Shown here: positions 1 through 10,090 of the stretch, piece after piece
Layout: each line of letters opens with the position of its first letter
Position numbering within the stretch: position 1 is the stretch's first letter
Assembly (NCBI GenBank): GCA_021805985.1
Contig: JAJZDN010000006.1
Coordinates: 5,786-69,785 of the forward strand
Source: Planctomycetota bacterium
GTDB lineage: Bacteria; Planctomycetota; Phycisphaerae; WQYP01
Direction of reading: 5' to 3'
DNA: 64,000 nucleotides
Notes under the pieces: model-generated
The model's database searches: none
Told to the model about the DNA's origin: nothing
Seen by the model: the letters and a program-made list of their open reading frames with translations, nothing else
Position numbers and translations under genes: made by a program

Positions 1-299
1 CTGGTATCAACCTTGGCCGCCGGATCACCCGGGAAAACCGCTTTGGGGTCCAGCACCGGGGTGTGGGGATCGCTTTTTCCATCGGCCAGCAGGTCCAGGC
101 GCAGAATGTGCGGCGACAGTGACTGCACCCGCAGCACATCGTTACCAATGGCAAGCTTAAGGCCGCCAGCGTCGGCGGTCGCACTGGAAACAGCGCCCAG
201 CGAAGCGGGTGTCGAATTAGCGGCCTGGGCTTTGGCGGAAACTGCTGTGGTAAGTGCCGCAACAGCCGAAATTTTGAGAAAATTACGCCGATCCTGCAT
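1..299 (-). CDS. 5' end of a twin-arginine (Tat) signal secreted protein; the gene runs off the window start
   Basis: Minus-strand ATG at 297-299 is preceded by GGAG. The translation reads MQDRRNFLKISAVAALTTAVSAKAQA..., with an RRNFLK Tat motif and a hydrophobic h-region. The frame is open to position 1. The overlapping plus-strand ORF 13..414 looks like an antisense artefact. Confidence 0.45.
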   Translation of the reverse strand, partial: MQDRRNFLKISAVAALTTAVSAKAQAANSTPASLGAVSSATADAGGLKLAIGNDVLRVQSLSPHILRLDLLADGKSDPHTPVLDPKAVFPGDPAAKVDT

Positions 300-467
300 G
301 GATAAAACTCCAAATAAATTTTTATGTAGGCGGCAAAACGTAGTTTTACCGGTAGACAGGGATTTGTCAAATAAGCCGTGCCGGATTTTGGGAATTTTTT
401 GCAGCTGCACTTGACGCGCGGCGGAAGCGTGGGGGACAATCCATTTTTCAATCGCGGGAGTTTGGCT

Positions 468-2117
468 ATGGCGTGGCGACATGTGTTCTGCATTGCAGTC
501 GTACTGATATTATGTCGTTGTCCGACAGTCCCCGCTGCGGTTCCCTCGCCGAGTTTGTCGTTCCGAAACCGCCCGCAGCTTTGGCTTTATTACTCTACGA
601 ATCTCCTGGTACCGCGAAATGTTGCCCGTTTGGAACGTACCTGGCGGCGGGCGGCAAAATACGGTTATACCCACGTTATCTTATCCGACAGCAAGCTGGC
701 GCGGATGAACGACCTGGGGGATATTCGCAAGACGTATATGGCACATCTGAAGGCGGTCGAAACTTTGGCCAGACAGCTTAAGATGCAGATTGTTCCGGGG
801 GTTTTTCAAATCGGGTATTCCAACGATCTGTTGTTTGAAAATCCGTCTTTGGCGGCGGGTTTACCCGTTCGTAACGTGAAATTTGTAGTCCACAATAACG
901 TGGCTACGCCCGTGCGGGAATGGCTGGTGCGCCCGACGTCCGCCCCTTCGTGGAAAGACAACGACCTGCAATTAAAAGGTGCCACCGCCACGATACACAA
1001 TAATACCGGTAACAGCCGGCTGGTATTTTCAATCGCGGTTAAGCCGTTCCATGCTTATCACATACGGGTCTGGATTCGCACCGCTGCTTATAATGGATCA
1101 CCGCACATTCGCGTGCTGACTAAAAAAGATCAGGAATTGCAGTTTGAACGTGTGCGCGTGCAGGCCAGGCAGCCGTGGCGGCGTTATGACGTGGTCTTTG
1201 ATTCATTGCAACATCGGCACGTCGCGATTTACTTTGGTGTGTGGGGCAAGGCGCGAGGCAAATTACAATGGCGGCGCTGGAGTGTGAGTACCGCGGGCCT
1301 GGTCAACGTGCTAAGCCGCCCGGGTGCGCCCACTACCGTGGCGGGGTATCGCAGCGGTACCGACTACACTCCAATTCGGGATCCGCTTCTGGGCAATCAG
1401 CCCTATGCAGGCGAATATAAGCCGTGGCATAAAGCACCGGTCATACACTTTCTACATCCGGTACCCAATGGCACAATCATTGCCGTGTCCTGGTTTTATC
1501 CGCCGATATTTTACACCGGTCAGGTCAGCATCAGCTTAAAATCCCGCCAAACCCGCCAGTTGCTGCGGCAACAAATCATGGCGATTCGCGCCGCGCTACA
1601 TCCCCAGGCGTATATGATGGACTTTGATGAGATTCGTATAATGGACTGGGGCAATTCTGGGCCGCCTGGCCTGGCACCCGGCCAAGAACTGGCCGCGTGC
1701 GCTCACTTTTGCACCGGGCTGCTGGGCCATGCCCGCGCCTACGTCTGGAGTGATATGTTTGATCCTTATCACAATGCCCATGCGCATTACTTCCTGGTGC
1801 ATGGAAGCCTGACAGGGTCGTGGAAGGGCCTGGACAAACGCGTGGTTATTGTCAACTGGAATTTCCAGCATCGGCAAAAATCGCTGCACTTTTTCTCCGC
1901 GCGTGGTTACCAGCAGATCATCGCGGGGTATTACGATGCGCCGCTGAAGAATTTGCAACTCTGGATGACGGCGGCGCGCAAAGTTCAGGGCGTGCGCGGC
2001 TACATGTACACGACCTGGCGCGGCGATTATAAAAAGCTCAAACGTTTTGCATACCTCGTGGATTCATATCATGAGCAGTCTGCGAAATCAGCGAAACCCA
2101 AACCCTTAAGCCACTGA
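468..2117 (+). CDS. hypothetical secreted protein (no recognisable family by eye)
   Basis: Long ORF. The internal Met at codon 31 begins a signal-peptide-like segment (MAWRHVFCIAVVLILCRC...). Product unknown. Confidence 0.45.
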   Translation: MAWRHVFCIAVVLILCRCPTVPAAVPSPSLSFRNRPQLWLYYSTNLLVPRNVARLERTWRRAAKYGYTHVILSDSKLARMNDLGDIRKTYMAHLKAVETLARQLKMQIVPGVFQIGYSNDLLFENPSLAAGLPVRNVKFVVHNNVATPVREWLVRPTSAPSWKDNDLQLKGATATIHNNTGNSRLVFSIAVKPFHAYHIRVWIRTAAYNGSPHIRVLTKKDQELQFERVRVQARQPWRRYDVVFDSLQHRHVAIYFGVWGKARGKLQWRRWSVSTAGLVNVLSRPGAPTTVAGYRSGTDYTPIRDPLLGNQPYAGEYKPWHKAPVIHFLHPVPNGTIIAVSWFYPPIFYTGQVSISLKSRQTRQLLRQQIMAIRAALHPQAYMMDFDEIRIMDWGNSGPPGLAPGQELAACAHFCTGLLGHARAYVWSDMFDPYHNAHAHYFLVHGSLTGSWKGLDKRVVIVNWNFQHRQKSLHFFSARGYQQIIAGYYDAPLKNLQLWMTAARKVQGVRGYMYTTWRGDYKKLKRFAYLVDSYHEQSAKSAKPKPLSH

Positions 2118-2131
2118 TGGCCGTTTTGTCT

Positions 2132-3073
2132 TCACTCCGCGCTGTTTGCGTTGCGGGCAATCCATGGTGCTACATAGCGGCGAATATACTCTGGGCACGC
2201 AGAAAAGCCATGTGTTCCCCAATGATTGCAATCATCCACCAGGGCGGGCGTCCAGATATCCTGATGTACTTTTGCATAAAGATTCTCCGTGTCACAAAGG
2301 TTCGCAGGCCGTTTGAAGCCGACAAAACCGCAGGATACCTGTGGCTTACGGTCGCTGGTGCCAAATAAACATGTTCCAATTCCCAGAACGATCCAGTCAC
2401 GATGGGAATAAAAATTATAAATCCCTTTCCGTAATCGCCGCAGGGCCGGACGTAAATCATAGGTGCTTGAAACAGCCCCACTGAGAAACACCAATCCATC
2501 GATGCTGCGATCCGGCGGCAGCATTTCGACCGCAAAAATCGCCGGCCCGGCACCGCCGCTGTTAGCCACCACATGCACCGGGCGGCCGGGATATTGATCC
2601 TGATAGTTTTGAATGATTTGCACCAGCTCGGCGGCCCTGGCGCGGTTTCGTCGCAGCCATATTAAATTCGGAAAGTACCCTTCAGGAAATGCGATGCCCC
2701 AGTAAAATATCCGCACTGCACCAGGAACCGCGCCGAACAGACCATCGACCATGGCCTGTGCATACGGGCCTGCGGCCTCAATACCCGGAAGAACGAGAGT
2801 AAGCCCATGCTCTAAATCAGCGGTGCTAACAGCGGATTGCCGAAAGAAAGGCCGGCCATAAAAGCGCTCCACCACCAGCCGAAAAAACTCGTCGCGGCCT
2901 CGCCGGATGTGGGCCGCTTTCCGGCGCAGTTGAGTTGAGCGTTTTTCCCGGTCGGCGGCGCGGCTGATAATCGTTTGGCGGTTGGCGTTCGGCATTGGAT
3001 ATCCTCTTGTGTTGATTGGTTGCCACGGCCGCAGCGCGCTGTGTCGGCAGCCCCGTGCGATATGGTAGGTCAC
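2132..3073 (-). CDS. alpha/beta-hydrolase-fold protein (GxSxG lipase/esterase-like)
   Basis: HVVANSGGAG nucleophile-elbow motif in ORF 2132..3073. Co-directional and immediately downstream of the radical SAM gene. The true start is probably an internal Met. Confidence 0.5.
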   Translation of the reverse strand: MTYHIARGCRHSALRPWQPINTRGYPMPNANRQTIISRAADREKRSTQLRRKAAHIRRGRDEFFRLVVERFYGRPFFRQSAVSTADLEHGLTLVLPGIEAAGPYAQAMVDGLFGAVPGAVRIFYWGIAFPEGYFPNLIWLRRNRARAAELVQIIQNYQDQYPGRPVHVVANSGGAGPAIFAVEMLPPDRSIDGLVFLSGAVSSTYDLRPALRRLRKGIYNFYSHRDWIVLGIGTCLFGTSDRKPQVSCGFVGFKRPANLCDTENLYAKVHQDIWTPALVDDCNHWGTHGFSACPEYIRRYVAPWIARNANSAE

Positions 3074-3103
3074 GGCCCAGCGGAAATCGATTACGGCGGT
3101 TCA

Positions 3104-4434
3104 TCACATTCCCAGCGCGGGTGCCGCCGCACGCCGCCGGCCGTGAAAAAATGCCCGTCGGCGTATTTCTGTGCATTCCGCGCTGTACAACCGTTCGCCC
3201 AGCCAATACAGCCCTTCTCGCAGCTGCGCTGGCGACATAAGTTGTGGCTGGAAGTTCACATCAAATAATGTACATAAATCCCATCGTCCGGGCTGCAAGA
3301 TTCGCTGCTGTTGGACCAGCCGATGGTACAACGGGGTGCCGGGAAAGGCCGTCAGGACTGTAATCTGGACTTCAAACAATGGCACATCCATGGCGAAATC
3401 CAGCACCTGCTGGAATATTTCCGGTGTGTGGGAATCCAAGCCCAGGATAAAACAGCCATTGACGGTAATACCGTGTCCCTGAATGGTGCGCAGGGCTTCT
3501 TTGTATTTTTCCGCCCAGCGCGCCTTGATATTGCGCCGCATCTCAATTCCGCCAAGTTCAGCCGATGCGGGGCTTTCCAGTCCTACCAAAATCTGCCGAC
3601 AGCCCGCGCGTCGCATGGCATCCAGCAGCACGCCGTCCTGAGCTACGGAAATGTCCGTTTCCGTAAACCATTTAAACCTTAAGGGTGCCAGGGCGCGGCA
3701 TAAATCCCGTGACCATGCTTTGTCCACAAATGTATTATCATCCGCAAATTCGATGAAGGCATGTTCCTTTACGCGTTGAATAGCGCGAATATCCCGTACC
3801 ACCGTTTCTATCGGACGCTTGCGATAGCGCTGGGAAAGCATCACGGTAGAGGCACAAAAATCACAACGCCAGGGACACCCACGTGAGGTCTGTACTGTGA
3901 AGCGGTTATAGGTGCGGGCATCGAGCAAATCGTACCGGGGGATAGGCAATGCTTCCAGGAGTACCGGCGGAAAATCGGCCGCCCGGAAAATGCGGGGCCT
4001 GTGGTGCGCCTCTGCTGCCGCAACAACCGCAGGCCATACCGATTCGCCTTCGCCAACCACGACATAATCCGCATGTTCCGCGGCCTCATCCGGGCAAACA
4101 CTCACATGCAACCCTCCCATCGCTACCTTAACGCCCGCCGCGCGCAGACGATCAGCGATGTTGTAGGCTTCAAATACCTGCGCAGAAAACGTGCTGATCG
4201 CCACAAGATCGCAGCAGTAAAGCTCGGGCCGCTCAGAGTGATCCGATTCGGCTTCAAAATATCGCAAGTCATGGCCTGCCGGCGTGCAGGCCGCCAACAA
4301 AAGTAATCCGAGGCTCGGTAGAGATGCCACAACCTTGCTGCGTTGCACAAACCCAGGCAACGTCAGGCCAAGTTCCAGAAGCTTCGGATCGTGCGCACGC
4401 ACACCGCTCATGGCCAAAAATCCGATTTTCATAA
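3104..4434 (-). CDS. B12-binding domain-containing radical SAM protein
   Basis: CPWRCDFC (CxxxCxxC) radical SAM cluster motif preceded by SRGC. The N-terminal region has a cobalamin-binding Rossmann-like pattern (VAMGGLHVS...). Start trimmed to MKIGFLAMSG with GGAG RBS. Confidence 0.8.
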
Positions 4435-4803
4435 CGAACTCCAAAACGCCAATACGCATGTCAACGCCAATGCCAGCACCGGAAAGACAAATAAGAACGC
4501 CCATTTGCCGCGGCATGCTGCCAGCAGGCACACCAAGGGCATGGTTACAGAGCTAAAAATTAACGCTGCCGAGATTATGGAACCTATTGCCATTGCCGGA
4601 TGTGGGCCGACAGCGTAAATAAGATTCAACATGCCAAGGGCCATAAATGCGATGTGTCCAAGCCGCACCAGTCGCCGGGGCCACGCGTCGTAGCCTCCGA
4701 GAAAATCTTTCCGATGGAAAAACAGACCCATCAACGCACCGCTGATAATTCCCAGCAGTATCAGCACCCAGCCGACTGTCCAATTGCAATTTACAAGCAT
4801 CAT
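4429..4803 (-). CDS. small polytopic membrane protein; start overlaps the radical SAM gene (operon)
   Basis: 124 aa with about 4 hydrophobic helices. Its stop overlaps the start of the radical SAM gene by a few nt. Confidence 0.5.
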   Translation of the reverse strand: MMLVNCNWTVGWVLILLGIISGALMGLFFHRKDFLGGYDAWPRRLVRLGHIAFMALGMLNLIYAVGPHPAMAIGSIISAALIFSSVTMPLVCLLAACRGKWAFLFVFPVLALALTCVLAFWSSL

Positions 4804-5031
4804 GCGTCATACTCCTGCGGCCCAGGCTAACTATTCCGGGTGAAGCCGCAGAAGGAGTAATTCAAATGTCATGCCAGCTTGTGAGGATATGACGTAAGTA
4901 GTTTTATATAAGCAAGTTATGGTAAAAACGGTGCGACATGCCCTTTGACATTATCACCCCCGTATAGGCATTTTATGTTCGATTGATGTACACTGGATGT
5001 ATAGTGCCAATGGAATCTGGAGACCCCTCTC

Positions 5032-6552
5032 ATGGCCTTATTGAATTCCGATGAACTCCCGCTGGCTCAGGCCATCGCGCAACTGACGTTCTGCAATCCC
5101 TTTGTGCCGGAGCGAAGAGAATTGGAGCGCGCGGTCCTGGGTGATGAATATGTTGCCGCGGATACGTCCTGGAACTTCCCCGCCACCGGGCAGATGGAAC
5201 GCCCGAACGAAACGCGCACACGGGAAAAAGTTGCGGCATTTGTTGCCACGCTCCGCCGCCGGATGACGGGCAAGGCCGCGCCGAGTTTACACGAATGGCG
5301 GCTCTATCAGGATGCCGTGGTGCATTATCTATTTTATGCTCTGGAAGGTGATTTTTATCGCACAGCAACGGACCGAAAAAGTAACGCGACTTATGCTGAT
5401 CTGTACGCCCGTTACCTGGAGATATTCCATGACCTTCTGGAAAAGCCGGCAGCGGGGCGCGCGTGTCACTATCGGGCGGAACATTTATTTGCCTGCTGCT
5501 ATCAAGTCACGCGCGCGTTTCAGGGAATTTACCGTTCCATTATCGGGTTTTCGCCTTGTATGATTGATCTGCGGGCCAAGGTTTGGGAGTCCATTTTCAC
5601 CCATAACATGCGCCTTTACCAACTGGAGCTGTACGACAAAATGGGCGACATCGCCACGCTGATCATCGGACCTTCCGGCACCGGCAAAGAACGCGTGGCG
5701 CAGGCCATTGCACAGGCCCGCTATCTGCCCTTTAATACCGCCACAAAACGTTTTGCCGATGTGCCGGAGAAGTTATTTTCCACCACCGTTCTCTCCGCTT
5801 TATCACCCCATCTCATTGAGTCGGAACTTTTCGGCCACGCCCGCGGGTCATTTACCGGAGCACTGGCCGACCGCAAGGGACGCTTGGAATCATGCCCGCC
5901 GCACGGGTCATTATTTCTTGATGAAATCGGCGACGCCGATGAGCAGATTCAGGTAAAGCTGCTGCGCGTGCTGCAATACCGCGTCTTTGAGCGCGTGGGC
6001 GATAGTGTGCCTCGCACTTTCCGTGGCAAAATTATCGCGGCCACCAACCATGATCTGGCCCACGACATGCATAGCGGCAAATTCCGCCAGGACTTTTATT
6101 TTCGCCTCTGTTCCGATGTCATCGCCACGCCGTCTCTGCGACAGCAATTTACCCAGGCCCCGGAAGATGTGGACAATCTGATCAACTTTATAACGCAGCA
6201 ATTTATCCCCGGCGAACACGACCGCCGGAAGCTCAACGCCGACGTCAAATTATGGATCACCGATCATCCCGGTTATGCGTGGCCGGGAAATTTCCGGGAG
6301 CTTGAACAGTGCGTAAAAAACATTCTAGTGCGGCGCAACTATCAGCCGCCGGAATTATCGCCTGGCGATGACCAATCTCCCGATTTAACCCGGATTCGCA
6401 ACGGCGTAATGACAGAGCAGGAACTGTTGAACTTTTACACCAGACTGGTATACCAAAAAGCCGGCACCTACGAATCCGCCGCGCGGAGCCTCGGCATCGA
6501 CCGCCGAACCGTAAAATCCCGCGTCAGCGGCCTGGGGATTTTCACGAGGTGA
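5032..6552 (+). CDS. sigma-54-dependent transcriptional activator (AAA+ sigma-54 interaction domain plus C-terminal HTH)
   Basis: Walker A GPSGTGKE. ESELFGHARGSFTGA motif (GAFTGA variant GSFTGA). C-terminal Fis-like HTH (SAARSLGIDRRTVKSRV). N-terminal ~200 aa sensory domain not recognisable. RBS GGAG before ATG. Confidence 0.8.
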   Translation: MALLNSDELPLAQAIAQLTFCNPFVPERRELERAVLGDEYVAADTSWNFPATGQMERPNETRTREKVAAFVATLRRRMTGKAAPSLHEWRLYQDAVVHYLFYALEGDFYRTATDRKSNATYADLYARYLEIFHDLLEKPAAGRACHYRAEHLFACCYQVTRAFQGIYRSIIGFSPCMIDLRAKVWESIFTHNMRLYQLELYDKMGDIATLIIGPSGTGKERVAQAIAQARYLPFNTATKRFADVPEKLFSTTVLSALSPHLIESELFGHARGSFTGALADRKGRLESCPPHGSLFLDEIGDADEQIQVKLLRVLQYRVFERVGDSVPRTFRGKIIAATNHDLAHDMHSGKFRQDFYFRLCSDVIATPSLRQQFTQAPEDVDNLINFITQQFIPGEHDRRKLNADVKLWITDHPGYAWPGNFRELEQCVKNILVRRNYQPPELSPGDDQSPDLTRIRNGVMTEQELLNFYTRLVYQKAGTYESAARSLGIDRRTVKSRVSGLGIFTR

Positions 6553-6747
6553 CCGGGAATCAGCTGGATATTGAGGCGCAGATCCACCTTGGTATAGCCA
6601 AAGTACTGGCGGTGGAAGTTGCGGGACATCGCCGGATCAGCGAAGGTTCCCAAACCGTCGTGACAATCGCACCGGGTCGCGTGTATAATAGGTAGTGAAC
6701 ATACGGTTGCGAGACCAGCCGGACACGATGCAGGCGGAGGCCGAGTT

Positions 6748-7005
6748 ATGTCATTTAAAAAGAACGTTGCATACGCCGCGGGGATCGGGCAGATATTCGG
6801 GCTTTATCGCTCGACCTTCCGCAGCCGCACCGGTCAGGTATTGGCGCAGCTCTTTGAGCAAAATAACGGCTGGCTCATTGCGTACGTTTCGTTCTCCGAG
6901 GGGCTGAAGCCGGAAAAGGTAAAAGATAGCTACGTGGGGGATCTGAATCAGTACGCGAATCAGCACGGCTTTACCGGAAAGTTGAAACTGATCTATTGCG
7001 AATAA
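6748..7005 (+). CDS. hypothetical small protein (85 aa), possible partner of the downstream HEPN-motif gene
   Basis: Strong GGAGG RBS about 7 nt upstream. Ends 10 nt before the next gene. An equally long antisense ORF exists, so the strand call is tentative. Confidence 0.3.
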   Translation: MSFKKNVAYAAGIGQIFGLYRSTFRSRTGQVLAQLFEQNNGWLIAYVSFSEGLKPEKVKDSYVGDLNQYANQHGFTGKLKLIYCE

Positions 7006-7015
7006 CGGAATCGCC

Positions 7016-7888
7016 ATGCCAACGACTATCCGCGTCTCGATCCGTCTGCCCTATTTGCTGGCCTTGCCGGGGGGCAACTATAAAACGCCAAGCGTCGGTG
7101 GATCGGTGCGTTTGACCAAACGATCTATCACCAACACGGATGGCACCCCGGAGGCTCGGACTGAAGCCTCGACGACATTCAACGCGTTGCCAGGCGGCAC
7201 CGCTTCGGACCAGGAACGCCGGCGCCACACCGAAGCGGAAAAACTACTTCGCCGCATCAATCACCTGCTGCGATGGTATCGGGTCAAGACGGGGCAAGCG
7301 ACGATCATCGAACTGACGAAAGCGCAGGCCGGCGCGTTCCATTTTCGTAGCACGCGATCCGCCGTGGGCCTTGTTGGCGACTCGGAACTGACATACCAAG
7401 CTGCGGCCTTTCCCGTGTTGGCCAGTGGCAGCCTCGCCAAAATGGGTGCCGCGCTACGGACCGAACTAAGCCGTAAATCCGAGCCTGACGCAGCCGAGCT
7501 CAACATTCTGGACGCCCGGTACGCACTGAGCGTCGGGCGGTTTCGTGAATCAGTTTTGCTGTGCTGGGCTGCAATTGATTCCACGTTTGTTCGCAAATTC
7601 AAGGGCCTTGTGAACGCCCGCCTGAAAGACCATTGGTCGGACGGGCGCGATTTCCTCAACGGACCCGATTTCGGCCTGCGCCACAAGATGACCACCGGGT
7701 TGCTTCTGCTGAACTGTAAGTCATTGCACTCCCAACCGGATAACTTCTGGGACGAGCTTTCAGAAAGCTATAAGCTGCGCAACAAAATTATCCACGAAGG
7801 GCAGGTCGCCCAAGAGAGTGAGGCTGAGCGGGCCATCAAAGTAGCGCAGGGGATTGTACGAATCGTGGCAGCTCTGCCTGACAACTGA
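7016..7888 (+). CDS. hypothetical protein with C-terminal HEPN-like Rx4H motif
   Basis: ...YKLRNKIIHEGQ... matches the Rx4-6H HEPN signature in a predicted helical C-terminal region. Arg-rich N-terminus. No other recognisable domain. Confidence 0.45.
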   Translation: MPTTIRVSIRLPYLLALPGGNYKTPSVGGSVRLTKRSITNTDGTPEARTEASTTFNALPGGTASDQERRRHTEAEKLLRRINHLLRWYRVKTGQATIIELTKAQAGAFHFRSTRSAVGLVGDSELTYQAAAFPVLASGSLAKMGAALRTELSRKSEPDAAELNILDARYALSVGRFRESVLLCWAAIDSTFVRKFKGLVNARLKDHWSDGRDFLNGPDFGLRHKMTTGLLLLNCKSLHSQPDNFWDELSESYKLRNKIIHEGQVAQESEAERAIKVAQGIVRIVAALPDN

Positions 7889-8068
7889 AGTATAAATTTC
7901 CCGCCACTCAGTAATTAACATTCGACAGAACAGCGATGTTGCCGGTCAACTCAATCATGCGCCGAGCCTGCCGGCGCGAGGGGAAATCACTTGAACAGTA
8001 TCCGGGGATAATTCTGGTGCGCCGCGGGTGCGCTTTCGCGCCGGCACTTTGGCGTATAGAATTTTGCC

Positions 8069-8920
8069 ATGCTTGCCCGTGTGACATTGCCGAACGGTGT
8101 TGTGGTTTACCAATCGCGGCTGCTAATTGCCGTGGGAGTGGCACATGCCTTTTCCACGCGCATCGGTGGCATTTCTTCGGGGCCGTTTGATTCGTTGAAT
8201 CTGGGCAATCCGCAAGGTGCCGTGCAGGATTCGGTGGATAACCTGAACCATAATTTTGCGCTTCTGCTTTCCGGCTTGGGCCTGGCCGGGGTACCGATGG
8301 CAACGGTGCAGCAGGTGCATGGATGCGAAGTGGCATTGCTTAGAGCGGAAGGGGACGGGGAATACAGCGAATCCGTTGCGGCTGAACTACGGGATCGCTT
8401 TCAAGGCCAGACCCGGGCGGATGCCATCGTTTCCGATGTTGCGTCCGCGGCGTTGGCAATCCGAATTGCCGATTGCGCCCCCGTTCTGCTGGCTTCGGAC
8501 GACGGCCGAATTATTGCGGCAATTCATGCCGGCTGGCGCGGGGTGGTTGGTGGCGTTGTCGCACGCAGTGTAGCGCAAATAAACACGATGGGGATTACTT
8601 CCAACAGGATCATTGCGGCCATCGGTCCGGCGATCGGCGTAAAATATTTCGAAGTGGGATCGGAAGTGGCCCAGGAATTTCACACCGCCGGCCTTGCTGC
8701 GGCCATCCATACTATTGGCTATGCCAAGCCGCACATTGATCTCGTCGCCGCTATCAAACTGCAATTGCGGCAATGCGGCATTACCCGCATAGATGGCGGA
8801 AGCCTGTGCACCTACACCGATGCCACAGATTTTTACTCCCATCGCCGAGACCACGGAATCACCGGCCGCATGATCGCCATGATTCGCCCGGCAAACGCGC
8901 CGCCCGTGACCAGCTCTTAA
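8069..8920 (+). CDS. pgeF: peptidoglycan editing factor PgeF / YfiH (DUF152, laccase-domain purine nucleoside phosphorylase family)
   Basis: FSTRIGGIS...FDSLNLG and HAGWRG motifs are characteristic of YfiH/PgeF. Confidence 0.8.
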   Translation: MLARVTLPNGVVVYQSRLLIAVGVAHAFSTRIGGISSGPFDSLNLGNPQGAVQDSVDNLNHNFALLLSGLGLAGVPMATVQQVHGCEVALLRAEGDGEYSESVAAELRDRFQGQTRADAIVSDVASAALAIRIADCAPVLLASDDGRIIAAIHAGWRGVVGGVVARSVAQINTMGITSNRIIAAIGPAIGVKYFEVGSEVAQEFHTAGLAAAIHTIGYAKPHIDLVAAIKLQLRQCGITRIDGGSLCTYTDATDFYSHRRDHGITGRMIAMIRPANAPPVTSS

Positions 8921-9394
8921 CGGATTTATTTGCGCCCAGGAGCCTGTCCGAGTAATCGCCGGGTCGCGACGGCGTGATTTTTGGCTTGTCGGGACATCGT
9001 CGCGTCAGAGCACCGTGGTGATAACCCGGTGGTTGGCTGGCGACACTGGATCAACCACCGGATTAACCATCCGGTGCTCCACAAGCGGCGGCGACGATGG
9101 CGTACCTGGCATGGATGGTACGCCGAGGAGCCGCGCCGCAGTAGGCCAAAAAGCACGCCGCCCTGCGGGTGGGCCTGAAATGCCCCGTCTGCTTTGTTGT
9201 CGGATCTCGCAGACTCATTATTAAGAGTCGGCTCGATCCTCCGCCGCGCATACGGGACATTTCAGACCCATCGCAATCCCGGCCATTACTCGGACAGGCT
9301 CCTAGCCCGGCTCGTGGAATTTTTTCTTGGTATTAGGCGCAAAGCTGCTACAATATAACAGAGCGGAAGATAGATGCTTAACGAGGTATCAGCC

Positions 9395-10090
9395 ATGCGT
9401 AATTCTCGCGGATTTACCCTTATTGAAATGCTGGTAGTGGTGCTGATCATCATTATCCTTATTGGTATTGGCCTGGCGGTGGGCGAACAGGTGCAGGCAA
9501 GCTCTGAATTGGCCCTGACCAAGTCCGAACTCAAGGGGTTGCAGGGGGCGCTTGCCTGGTACGAACATAAAACGGCCGGTCAGGTGCCCACGGATATGCT
9601 GGCATTTTTGGAAGGTTATCAGCGGCTGCATGCATACAAGATCACTGCGGGCCCGAATGCGGGAACTTGGGCCCAGCATAATGACTTTTTGACCAATCTA
9701 CCCGCAACCGCCGTAGTAACCGGAACGTTCCCCGGCCCAGGCGGTGCAACTGACATGACCGGTGTAATCGAAATCCTCGATGGCCTGGGCCACCCAATAC
9801 AATACGTGCCCGCGACGGACCCGATAGCCAACACCGATACAGGAAAGGACACATACCCTTATCCCGTGGTTGCGGGAGGGGCCTACTCACCTGCTATCAC
9901 GAAAATCAACGGAAACCTGACGTACTGCCTAACATTCACCACGGTTACCAGCACGACCGCCGATGCGGCATCCATGCCTTTACCCAGCCAAGTCCACTCC
10001 CCCTGCTTTTTCAGTTTCGGAACAGCGTACAACGTCACCAATCCATCAGCCATGACCTACGAATCCTACACTTACAGCTACAATCCATAG
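9395..10090 (+). CDS. prepilin-type N-terminal cleavage/methylation domain protein (type IV pilin-like/pseudopilin)
   Basis: MRNSRGFTLIEMLVVVLIIIILIGI: a classic G/FTLIE prepilin peptidase site followed by a hydrophobic helix. Confidence 0.75.
   Translation: MRNSRGFTLIEMLVVVLIIIILIGIGLAVGEQVQASSELALTKSELKGLQGALAWYEHKTAGQVPTDMLAFLEGYQRLHAYKITAGPNAGTWAQHNDFLTNLPATAVVTGTFPGPGGATDMTGVIEILDGLGHPIQYVPATDPIANTDTGKDTYPYPVVAGGAYSPAITKINGNLTYCLTFTTVTSTTADAASMPLPSQVHSPCFFSFGTAYNVTNPSAMTYESYTYSYNP

Noticed and set aside
13-414. 133-aa plus-strand ORF at the window start
   Set aside because: It lies antisense to a much more convincing minus-strand ORF that has a GGAG RBS and a twin-arginine signal (RRNFLK). 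The plus-strand translation is low-complexity Ser/Arg/Ala-rich, typical of high-GC antisense artefacts.
4804-5031. sigma-54 (-24/-12) promoter for the radical SAM operon in the divergent intergenic region
   Set aside because: I could not find a convincing TGGCAC-N5-TTGCW (or its reverse complement) by eye. Left as a check rather than a feature.
6751-7017. 88-aa minus-strand ORF exactly antisense to the 85-aa plus-strand ORF
   Set aside because: Only the plus-strand version has a strong GGAGG RBS and sits 10 nt upstream of a co-directional gene. The minus-strand call was kept out, though it is not excluded.
8936-9374. Several 60-80-aa ORFs on both strands between pgeF and the pilin-like gene, and similar stacks at 7908-8336
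   Set aside because: They are Arg/Pro/Gly-rich low-complexity translations with no RBS or coupling, overlapping each other. This is typical GC-rich noise.
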